DNA of 62,149 nt, counting the filler, from Basidiobolus ranarum (lineage: Eukaryota), in NCBI GenBank assembly GCA_040143965.1. It is 17 parts of 17 records of this genome, joined end to end, with 100 filler letters (N's around TTAATTAATTAA, not from the genome) between each part and the next. Parts side by side here need not be neighbours in the genome. Positions count along the whole stretch, not along the records: positions 36,664 to 40,222 come from JASJQH010009291.1; positions 40,323 to 43,880 come from JASJQH010009292.1; positions 43,981 to 47,537 come from JASJQH010009293.1; 14 more parts are not named here. One strand, given 5' to 3'. Within the stretch, counting starts at the first letter, position 1; the number at the start of each line of letters is the position of its first letter. Below, piece by piece: positions 36,564 through 47,637 of this stretch. The position numbers and the translations under genes are program-made. The notes beneath the pieces were generated by a model that saw nothing but the letters and a program-made list of their open reading frames with translations, was not told the origin of the DNA and ran no database searches.

Positions 36564-38261
36564 NNNNNNNNNNNNNNNNNNNNNNNNNNNNNNNNNNNNN
36601 NNNNNNNTTAATTAATTAANNNNNNNNNNNNNNNNNNNNNNNNNNNNNNNNNNNNNNNNNNNNTGAGTTCAACAAGTTTCCTGTGATTACTTGCTTTGAA
36701 GGTATTGTTGACAATATTAGTAGTCTAGAAGGATTGCTTCTTAAATCAGGTTGGTTTCCTTCCACAACATGGCGATTCTGTACCAGTGATTCTAGATAAC
36801 ACATTTCATGAAGTAATCATCGGGTCAAATAAGTGTATGACCAGATTTACGAGGGTGCGGGTTGATATGGGACAATTTTATTCATGGTTGTGGATGTGAT
36901 TGTACCGTATCCAAGAATCCAAATATCCCACATATACCTGCAATATGATCAGAAATAGCATGAAAGCAAATGTGCATACTTGGCATATCTGTATTACCCA
37001 ATTTGAGGACATCTTAATGTCAACTTCGATTGAAAAAGGGATATGTTCCTTTATGGAAAACTTAATGGGGCGTTGTGATATTAGATTGCAGTGGTGATAT
37101 AATGCAGTGGAAATTACCCTTTGCAGGTACAAATTGAGATAGTATTCTATGACTTCACTCTGACCAGAGTACATACTATGCAGTATCGAATATTTAGGAA
37201 TTCCTCTACAGAGCTAACCACCATATATGAATAGAGAGATTGGGGTTTAGGTTCAAAGGGAATATCCATTCAAATCGTGTCTAGCATGGTTGAAAGCTAC
37301 CTAGTTTTAACCATCATGACATATCTAAATACTCGTCGTAACCCTGGTGTAAGGAATGGTGATGCATTGTTCAGGACAATATGCAAAAACCATGGGATTA
37401 AACCATGTTGTATTATGTATTTAGAGTGCGGTAAGTTAGTAAAGGAATTCGAGGAATCTTGGACAGGTTTGACAATTCAGGTTTTCTTTACCACTTCGGA
37501 GATATATCTCAGAGATGCTATTGTACTTGCGAAACTTTCATTGTATTCACATTGGATAAGCCAAATATGGTGTATGAATACTTTGATGCTGTGATATAAC
37601 ATTTCAATATTTACTTGGCGGAGCAAAAGAGTACGGTTAAGGTTGTTAATATATCATGGTTCAAAAAACCACTTCATTTCTTCCTAGTAGAGTTCATGCA
37701 CTTCACATTGCTAAATTCATCTACATGCCCAGTTATTTACCAATAAATTCAGACATCTACCAACAGCCATATTGCGATCACCTCGTCATAAGCAGGGTTC
37801 AGGTCATATCTGATGGTGTCTCTTCGCCGGTGCCACCCCAATAAATTAGTCTTGGAATAATTCGATTTTATTGTGACCCATAGAGCAAATATTGTTTGCG
37901 CACATCTCATTGGAAAAATTAATAGAATCATACATTGCCATAGATAGGTATATTCCATGTTGCATATAAAAAGTTGTACAGTATTAAATTTGCTATATTG
38001 GAATGCTATTTATGCTCACTTTCATGTGTACTGTAAGGAAATTTCTTGAAGTATTGTCTATTTAGCTAACAAACAACATTTTGATAGCAAATATTACATT
38101 TTGGTGATGGTTGTATTGATTTATACCAATATTGAAATAATTAACATAACAGAGAAGGTATGTTCTTAGGGTACTAGAAATTCAGTCTGAACCATTGGAG
38201 ATTTTTTTTTGGGCAAGTATGAACATTCTATCTGTTTCAGCATTTTGGCAATACTTGTTTG

Positions 38262-38890
38262 TGTTTAAGTATTTGGGAGCCTGTTGGATGAGGTTTGGAG
38301 AATTAGAGAAGTTGGTGGTTTTCACTTATTGATTTATTGAGTTGAAAGTTGACATGTATAGTTTTGTCAAGATAGAAACAAATAAACATGCAGAGTATGT
38401 TAAGGAAGATCACTGGAATGTAAATTCCTCTAGAGAGTAATGGGTAATAGCTTAATGAAATATAAGATAACTAAATACTAAGCTATATATGTCTGTATAT
38501 GTGGATTGGCAATGATAATTTCAGTATTCTCTCTCAACTAAATAGTCATATAAACTAACACTAAGAGAGGTTACAATTTCTCAAATTTCTGTCTAGCTAA
38601 TGGTTTGGTTAATATATCAGCAATCATATCTTCTGTGCAATAACAAGTTGAATCAATACACTTATTCTCTATAGTATCTCTGATAAAGTGATGTCTAATA
38701 TATATATATTTGCATCTAATATGAAACATGGGATTTCTAACTAATTTGATGCAACTTTGGTTATCATGAAATATTGTAGTTAGTGAGTTTTGAGAATAGC
38801 CCAAATCTGTTAAGAGCTTTTGTGACCATATTTCTTTGTTTATTGCTTCACAAGCAGGTATGTATTTGGCTCTTGCTATTGAAAGTGCTA
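38262..38890 (-). mobile_element. Copia 3' end: RNase H, PPT and internally deleted 3' LTR A (38262-38526)
   Basis: DNQSCIKLVRNPMFH...HHFIRD...DMIADILTKPL motifs. Confidence 0.9.
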
Positions 38891-39183
38891 ACTCACCAAG
38901 AAATTTTCCATTATTCTTAATTGGAATTTACTTGGAATATTTTTACCAATTTAGAGGTTCTCTGATATATAGATTTTTCAAACATGTGCTAGAAGCCCCA
39001 AACTTTGCACATGTGCTCCTAGAGCCTTCCTTAACACATTCTACATGCTAGTTTGCTTACACCTTGACAAAACTATAAATTTCAACTTTCTTAGGCAATT
39101 TTCAATCTTTTTGCTCAAATAATCAAATCCAATAAGGCCAAATCTCTTGTGCCATAACTGAATAGTTTCTTGATTGTAATAAC

Positions 39184-39532
39184 TGTTGAAATTAGCATTG
39201 CCTAAACACCTATATAGTCATATATAGCTTAGTACCTAGTTATCTTATAATTCACTTAGATATTATGAATTATTTTCAATCGGAATTTACTTTGAATATT
39301 TTTACCAACTGAGAAGTTCTCAGATATATAGATTTTTTCAAACTTGTGCTAGAAGCCCCAAACTTTGCACACATGTTCCTGAGTCCTTCCTTAACATATT
39401 CTACATGTTAGCTTGTTTACATCTTGATAAAATTATAAATGTCAACTTTCTACTCAATAAATCAACAAGTGAAAACCACCAATTCCTCTGATTCTCCAAA
39501 CCACTTCCAACAGGCTCCCAAATACTTTAACA
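39184..39532 (+). mobile_element. Solo LTR family A (349 bp) with perfect TSD ATAAC, nested in Copia pol
   Basis: TGTTGAAA...TTTAACA ends; ATAAC at 39179-39183 and 39533-39537. The flanks read as a GAG-pre-integrase region (QETIQLWHKRFG) on the minus strand. Confidence 0.93.
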
Positions 39533-39822
39533 ATAACATATATTTAAGCATAAACCTCTTGTAGAATACATAAGTTTGTTTAAGTCCTAATCATTTTTGC
39601 TCAAAGCTAAATAATTCCCATTTTGATCAGTGATGGTGTATTCTGACTTGCAATAGTTGAGTTTTAGCCCTTCTGAGATAGCCTTGCATATAGATGTTAA
39701 ATTTTCAGCAATATCTGCAACATGTTGAACATCCTGAAAAGCATATACTTTCTCTTCAGAAGCATCAGTTAAATTGACCTGAACTGTTGCCATTGCATTG
39801 GTATCCAATTTACAATCATCTC

Positions 39823-40222
39823 TGTTGGATGATTGATCTTTATTAAACATCTTAGTTAACTTTAGTTCTGACACATATATCAGAAGCAGAAAGCAATATA
39901 TCAATAGCCCCTATATTCTAAATAGGAAGATCTCTATATCTATATAATAAATATGTCTTATTCCCCCACTTATCTATTATAACTTATTACACAAATTCTG
40001 AATATCTCAAACAATTGATTACTTCTCTACTATAAAAGTCACCATATTCTCTTGAGAATAAAGTAACCAAAGACACTATGATAAGCTGCCACTAATATAC
40101 AAGTTTAACCCCTGTTGGATAATTAATCTTTATTCAACATCATAGTTAACTTTAGTTATGATACATATATCAGAAACAGAAAGCAATGTATCTATAGCCC
40201 CTATATTCTAAATAGGAATATC
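39823..40222 (+). mobile_element. Two LTR family B copies; the second (from 40113) is inserted near the end of the first
   Basis: Both begin TGTTGGAT.ATT.ATCTTT and stay similar for 110 nt. The first interrupts a Copia protease region. Confidence 0.85.
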
Positions 40223-40322
40223 NNNNNNNNNNNNNNNNNNNNNNNNNNNNNNNNNNNNNNNNNNNNTTAATTAATTAANNNNNNNNNNNNNNNNNNNNNN
40301 NNNNNNNNNNNNNNNNNNNNNN

Positions 40323-41645
40323 TTGAATAAATGCCCAGATGAGTGGATATTGATGGGAGTCCTGGTAAAATATGAAGGTATCTTGATGTTTTCAAGTATT
40401 TTCATAATTGATTCAAACTTTGATCCTATCTTGTATTGCTCATTCAGATTGAATTTTCCACTATACAGCTGAGTAAGTAGTGTTGAAATGTTGTGAAACA
40501 GTAAATGCATAGTGCCTAATGGGAAGCTTTGGCTCCATCTGATCCCACTTGGCAATATTATCTTGGACTTACAACTAATGCCAAGTTTGATGTTAGACTG
40601 ACTATTAGGTGAATTGATATCAGTGAGCATTTTGAGACCTGACTGGGCTCTTGATAGTAAAATCATGGAGTTTAGTGTTGAATTTAGATAGTAGTAATGT
40701 GTATGCCTAGTAGACTAAACTATATTGATCTGACAGAATCTACAGCAAAATTGTGCATTGTGCCCATAAAAACCTCCAAGTTTACTGATGGCAGGAGTGT
40801 CACCAATACATTCAATAATATTAGCTTTAAAAAAATAATCACCCATCTGGATCCCATTAGAAAACCATTCATATTCCACAATCAGAGGCTCCATGAAGCT
40901 ATCTATAGGCACTGGTGATTTAGGTCCAGATATAATAATTAGTATCAAAATATTATGACTCTTTTACAATTCAAAAGGAGGAAAATTTAAGTTAATTAAG
41001 ATTGCTGACTAGAAAGCCTTTCCAATTGTATATTTGTTTGGTGAGAAACTATCCAGAGCCAATGCAAATGCATGATCATATATACCTGGTTGCTAAGATT
41101 GGATTGAACTCTGCACTCCTAAATAATCAAAGCTACTTTCTTTACTGGAAGTGTAATGAATGGACTAATGCTTACCAATTTCAAATAGTCTGTAATAAAA
41201 CCATTGTCTTCTTCTTGATCTTCTTCTGATATACTGTCATCAGTATTGGAATAACCAAGGTCAGCATCTAGCTGCATGTCCTCAAAGTTTTCTAAACTTA
41301 CTGGTTTGACCAAACTTGCACTTCTACCTGCTTCATTCTGGTCATATAACTATGGTAACACCAAGCTATTTTGATGCTCAGCAGTATTATCAAAACTTTG
41401 AGGTAAAGCATAGCCTTTGAACTCAGTGGGCAAAACTAAAGCTGTTTTTGCGCACTTATTACCATTAATACTCACCAGACTTTGTGCAGCTGATGGCTTT
41501 GTACAGTGACCATGCTTGTGATTATTTTTCTAAGAAGCCTCCAGCTATCATAGCATAACAATTTGTGACAATAATAGCAGGGCATCTTTAAAAGTTTGTA
41601 TTGCAGCATGAGAAAGATATTGCTGAAAAAAAACACCCACTATGT
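40323..41645 (-). mobile_element. CMC/EnSpm transposase remnant
   Basis: ISGPKSPVPIDSFMEPLIVEY, IGDTPAISKLGGFYGHNAQFCCRFCQI and PLGTMHLLFHNI motifs. Confidence 0.9.
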
Positions 41646-43644
41646 TGTCAAAGTATTTGGGAGGCTGTTGGAAGTAGTTTGGAGAATTTGAGGAATTGGT
41701 GGTTCTCACTTATTGATTTATTGAGTTGAAAGTTGACATTTATAGTTTTTTTGGGATGTAAACAAACTAACATGTAGAATGTGTTAAAGAATGTTGCAGG
41801 AACATGTGTGCAAAATTTGGGGCTCCTAGCACAAGGTTGAAAAATCTAAATATCTGAGAACTTCTAAGTTGGTAAAAATATTCCAAGTAAATTCCATTTG
41901 AGAATTATTGATAATATCTTAGTGAATTATAAGATAACTAGGTACTAAGCTATATATGACTGTATAGGTGTTTGGGCAATGCTAATTTCAACACTCTCCC
42001 CCAACTAAACAGTCATATAAACTAATCCTAATATAGATCTAAATTTCTCAAATTTCAGTCTAGCTAATGGTTTGGTTAACATATCAGCAATCATGTCTTC
42101 TGTAGAGCAATATGTTAAGACAATAAACTTATTCTCTACAGTCTCTCTAATGAAGTGATGCTTAATATCTCTATGTTTGCTTCTATTATGAAACATGGGA
42201 TTTATTAGCTAATTTGATACAACTTTGATTATCTTGAAATATTGTAGCTGATGAATTTTGAGAGTAACCTAAATCTGTTCAGAGTTTTCTTGACCATATT
42301 ACTTCTTTAGTTGCTTCACTGGCAGCCATATATTCTGCTTCTGTTGCAGAAAGTGCTACAGTAGCTTGTTTCTTTGAATTCCAAGAAATAGCTCCAATAC
42401 AGCAAAGAAATAAGTATGCTGTTGTAGATCTCCTGTCTTCAACGTCTCTTCCCTAATTTGCATCTGCATATCCCATCAGATCAAAGTTAGATGCAGAATA
42501 TGTGTATTCTAAGCACAGATCTACAGTACTTTTCAAATATCTGAAAATCCACTTAACTGCTATGATTTGATCAGATCCATAATTTTGAAGATATTGGCTC
42601 ATAACACTCACAGAATATGCAGTGTCTGGCCATGTTCCAACAATGCTATACATCAAACCACCAACCATAGATTTATGAGGAAATTTCTGGCCTTCATTTG
42701 GATCTAAAAACATCTGATTTGAGCCATTTTTGGTCAAGTTAAGATTTGTCTCCATTGGTGTGGATACTGGATTACATTCTTCCATTTTAAACTTCTTTAT
42801 TATATCTAGAATATACTTAGACTGGTTAAAGTTATTGTTTTGGTAGTTCTATCTATCTTAATTTGGATTCCAAGATAGTACATCAGTTCACCAAGATCAA
42901 TCATTTTGAATTTGGCAGATAAGCTGGATTTTGTTTTCTCCAAAGTCTTCAAGTCATTGGTTGCTTTAAATAGGTCATCTACATATAAGGCTAATAGAAC
43001 TGGTTTTGTCTTATCTGGCCTGAAGTAGATACTATAGTCAGCATTACTCTTTTGGAATATTAGTGTTTCCAAAAAATTCTCTATCTTGCTATTCCAAGCT
43101 CTTGGAGATTGTTTTAAGCCATAAAGTGTTTTCTGGAGTTTGCAAACTTTTTTAGGGCTTTCTGGGTTTGCAAATCCATCTGGCTGGTCCATATAAATCT
43201 CCTCAGTAAGCTCACCATTCAAAAAAGCAGCTTTAACATCCATTTGATGTAGAATAAACTGATATTTAGCCGGAATTGCTAAAATCAATCTAATGGAATT
43301 AAACTTTGCTACAGGAGCAAAAGTTTCTGTATAATCAATTCCTTGTATTTGGCAATAGCCTTTGGCAACTAGTCTAACCATGTACCTTTCTATATTGCCA
43401 TCAGAGTTGTATTTAATCCTAAACATGCATCAGCAGCCAATTCATTTTCTATCTTCTGGTAAGTTGGTAAAAGTCCATGTTTGATTATCAATCAAAGCCT
43501 GGTATTCATCAGCCATTGCAGATCTCCAGATTTTTGTGCAAGGGCCATTTGGGGCCTCTTTTGTAATCTGGGGTTCATGTATTTGAGCTGTGCAGGCATA
43601 GGCCCAATTTTGGTACTCATTGATATAGTAATCAGGGCTATTTC
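41646..43644 (-). mobile_element. Copia 3' half: RT and RNase H (42005-43600), PPT GGGGGAGAG, 3' LTR A (41646-41993)
   Basis: RLVAKGY, QMDVKAAFLNG, LYGLKQSPRAW, LYVDD and ADMLTKPL motifs; few frameshifts; inserted into the CMC element. Confidence 0.96.
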
Positions 43645-43880
43645 TGTTGAAATTACCATTACCTAAACACCTATATAGTCATATACAGCTTAGTACCTAG
43701 TTATCTTATAATTCACTAAATTATTATCAATTATTCTCAAATGGAATTTACTTAGAATATCTTTACCACCTTAGAAGTTCTCAGATATATAGATTTTTCA
43801 AACTTGTGCTAGAAGCCCCAAACTTTGCACACATGTTCCTGGGACCTTCCTTAACACATTCTACATGTTAGTTTGTTTAC
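43645..43880 (+). mobile_element. LTR family A copy inserted antisense into Copia pol (truncated by contig end)
   Basis: TGTTGAAATTACCATT start; near-identical to 39184-39420. Confidence 0.9.
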
Positions 43881-43980
43881 NNNNNNNNNNNNNNNNNNNN
43901 NNNNNNNNNNNNNNNNNNNNNNNNTTAATTAATTAANNNNNNNNNNNNNNNNNNNNNNNNNNNNNNNNNNNNNNNNNNNN

Positions 43981-44081
43981 GATTCTACATTATGGCCAGA
44001 AGGTGTGCTGAGTTTAATGTCGGCTGCATTGGCTAGAGAGGCTAACAATATGGTGCTGACGAGAGTGGCTTTGAAATACAT
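43981..44081 (-). CDS. 5' end of a secreted protein gene (not in the ORF track)
   Basis: MYFKATLVSTILLASLANA/ADIKLSTPSGHNVE runs open to the contig edge; TATAAAA about 70 nt upstream (44151-44157). Confidence 0.75.
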
Positions 44082-45157
44082 TTTCGGTGAGAGTAAATGC
44101 TTGTTGAAGAAGTAACTGAAGCTGTGTGAAAATGTAATACTAACTGGCCCTTTTATACATTCGGAACTAAATATAGCAAGTGCGCAGTCTGATTGAGATA
44201 GCCGATATTAGGATTAGAGATTTGCCCTTTTTTAGATGATTATGAGCTTAAAGTATTGAGGAGGACTGTGTGGATCGAAAGATCACTTCATTTTAGTACA
44301 CTGTGGGGTTACTGTACCTAAGCCGTAAGATCATATTGTAGTAAATGGTTTAATAAAGGCAAACAGATAGCGATATGGTCATTGTCTTTATTTGGAAAAA
44401 TGGAGTGAGCGGTTTCACTTTGATTTGCAAATCGCCATATGGTTAATTTAATTGTGGTTGATTCTGACTAATGGTACCGATCGCTGTTGAATGTCTGAGT
44501 TTAAATGTGCAAATTGCTTGTGACGTTGATAGGTCAAATCATCTGTTACGAAAAAGTCAGTATTGGTGTGTTTGATTGTTTCGTTTCGCATTCAATGAGA
44601 AGTGTATCCACTCACGCATTTCTCACGCAAAATAATTCTGGTAGGTTTGTAATTCAACATTATTGTAATTTTTGGTTGTTGAAAAGTACGGGTTGTTGAA
44701 AAGTAACTCATTTGTCAGACTGGCATTCTAGTTCCCAAACCAGGGGTCCATAGTGTAAGAAATGACTGCAAAAATGTTAAGTAATGCGATCTAGACGAAC
44801 TCTTTATGGTAGCTCTCAGATGAAAATATAGGCTATTATGTTATTTTGGATTCCAAATGTTACTTAGAGTAGTACCAAAAAAAGTATTGCTAAGGTAAAA
44901 ATGGGACCATGAATGTGTTCACAACAGTCACTTTGAAGTGCATTTTAGTTTCATTGATAGTGCTTTGGGTTCACAACATACATGCTTTAACTCGCCAGAA
45001 GAGTAAATGACTTTGCTATTGTTATGTTTTCGAGTGTATCCATAAATATAGCGTGGAATCAACTGAAGAAGATTCTTATTGACTCAGTTAAAGAGAGTAG
45101 TATGCTAAGAGTATGAAAATTTGGCATAAAGTCATTCTGAGAGCCCATTCAAAAGCA

Positions 45158-45505
45158 TCATATGGTACCAATCCTCCCGCAATTCCCACAGTCATCTCCA
45201 TGAGAATCTGCATCCCATCCGTATTCACTACGACCAAGTCCCCCAAATCTAGCAAATCGGCCAAAACCACGACTACCCAAACGACTGAATCTTCCATTTC
45301 TGCCAAATCGACCACGAACAAAGCGTTCTCGATTGTTCCCGCCATGACTCTGATGCAGCTCTGTTTCTTCTGGTAAGGCATCTAAACCTGAGTTTCCTTC
45401 GTTACATATATTGTAATCAGTATCAGTACTATCTATATCAGATGAAATAGCACTGTCCGGCGTGGTTGCAGCGATGGCGGCTTGGCTAGCACTTTCAACA
45501 GTCAT
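45158..45505 (-). CDS. Small protein with an acidic N-half and a Gly/Arg/Phe-rich cationic C-half; start region possibly decayed
   Basis: ...DSAISSDIDSTDTD...RFVRGRFGRNGRFSRLGSRGFGRFARFGGLGR; the upstream in-frame IKWSYIILCC resembles a signal peptide start lacking its ATG. Confidence 0.5.
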   Translation of the reverse strand: MTVESASQAAIAATTPDSAISSDIDSTDTDYNICNEGNSGLDALPEETELHQSHGGNNRERFVRGRFGRNGRFSRLGSRGFGRFARFGGLGRSEYGWDADSHGDDCGNCGRIGTI

Positions 45506-46700
45506 TGAAAAAGCGTCGTAATATCGTTCCAAATGAAAACTGTAGCAACACAAAATAATGTAGGACCATTTTATATATTCAAGAGGAATTTCTTAAACTT
45601 AATCATCAGTGAAATGGCCCATATGCAGATTGGTTATTTTTACGTAAATGACTGGGGGAGAGGTGTGTTGAATCGAACGTTGCTGCTCCTGTGTTGGAAA
45701 ATAATGTAGTAAAAAATGATTGCCCAAAGGTTAATAGATGATGACATTGACTGGCGTGCTTTTGCGTTCATAATTAGTTATAAGTTCTGCCTTGTTTAGC
45801 AAAAGTTAGAGTTTATTATGGATGACTTTACTTTTACTACTATGTTCACATCCTTGCTAACTTTACACATATTACATATTAATTCATTTCAGAGTTCTAA
45901 CAACAAAAGAAAATATTTGCATATGAGACACTGTTAATTTATGACAATAGACACTTCTGAGTTTCTTTGGTGAACTATTAATTCTAAACGCTACTTTCAT
46001 TACTGTATGAATTATTGTTACGCATCTGATATAGTAGGAATATCCACCAATATTTTAATATACAAATTGCACTGTCAAGAAATGATCGATACGGAGTTAA
46101 TATAATTGTAATCGTATCAACTGTGCTGGAGCAATAAAAAGCTGCTTTACTTGAGATTGTATTTGTCAGTGGTGAATACATTCATACATGAAATAGCAGA
46201 AGGCTATCACAACTTAAGAAATTACAAATCATTTACCGCTCCAGATGGTGCTGGAGAGGTTCATATTGCACTGTATAAGAAATATCTTATACCCAGGAAG
46301 CGATTGAGAATAGCCATGTAATTAGCACACAAGTGTAACTATTGAGATCCTAATCAAATCTTTGTGATTATAAGTATTCAGCCAGAACCTGTCATAATGA
46401 TATAGTATATATATATTTCTTGATCAGCCTTTTCAGATATGTCTCATTTATCAACACAGATTCTAGAACTTCAAGAATGATTTGTCTGGTGGCTATTTTA
46501 CTATCCAAAATCTCTACTTGGAATATTTTTACCCTCTTGGATGTTCTCATATTAAATGATTTTCTTAAACTTGTCCAAAAATCCCAAACTTTGAGCAGAG
46601 ATTCATTAGATCTTACACACCATACTCTACATGTTAGTTTGTCTAAATCTTTGCATATATACTCATAGTAACTTGACTCAATAATTTATTAGGTGTAAAT

Positions 46701-47537
46701 TGTTGAAATTAGCTTTGTCTAAAATACCTATATAGTCATATATATAGCTTAGTACTTAGTTATCTTATAATTCACTAAGATATTATCCATTATTCTCATG
46801 AGTAATTTACTTGGAATATTCTTACCAACTTAGAAGTTTTCAGATATATAGATTTTTCAAACTTGTGCTAGAAGCCCCAGACTTTGCACACATGTTCCTG
46901 GGACCTTCCTTAGCACATTCTACACGTTAGTTTGCTTACATCATGACAAAACTATAAATGTCAACTGAATACTCAATAAATCAAAAAGTGAAAACCACCA
47001 ATTCCTCTAGTTCTCCAAACCACTTCCAACAGGCTCCCAAATACTTTAACAGGTTATGAGCCCCAAGCTTGCACTCTCTGTAATGTCTACTTCTCAAATC
47101 TATGGAACTTTTCCCTCTTCTGAAAAATTGGATGGAACCAATTATTAAGTTAGAAAAATAAAAATGAAAATGCTGCTGCAAAAAATAGGACATTGGGACA
47201 CTGTTGTAGGAGAAGAAAACAATGCAAAACTATCTGAAACCAAAGTTTTACTCCATGTTAAAAAAGAGCAAAGTGCCTTAAACACAATTTGTCTTAATGT
47301 TGAAGACAAATTGCTAATTCAATGTTCAAGAGCTAAAGCTGCCAAGAAGGTATGGAAAGCCTTGGAAGACACCTACCAAGCAGGTTCTACTGCTAACAAG
47401 ATGTTTCTAAGAAGACAATTCTTTAACTTAAAGGTGAAGCCTGGAGAAGACATTAAATAACTAATCAATAGAGTCACTATTTTAGTGGATGAAATGAAAT
47501 GCATTGGAGTACCTACCACTGATCAAGATATCATAGT
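46701..47537 (+). mobile_element. Copia 5' end: LTR A (46701-47051), PBS GGTTATGAGCCC (47052-47063), gag
   Basis: TG...CA LTR, then gag MSTSQIYGTFPSSEKLDGTNY* ...KMKMLLQKIGHWDTV...AKKVWKALEDTY. Preceded by an older degenerate LTR A piece (~46510-46700). Confidence 0.95.
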
Positions 47538-47637
47538 NNNNNNNNNNNNNNNNNNNNNNNNNNNNNNNNNNNNNNNNNNNNTTAATTAATTAANNNNNNN
47601 NNNNNNNNNNNNNNNNNNNNNNNNNNNNNNNNNNNNN

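Noticed and set aside
36664-37960. Exon-like fragments with splice-like sites (also 21350-21900 and 29480-29880)
   Set aside because: They may be gene relics, but I found no consistent frame or recognisable domain.
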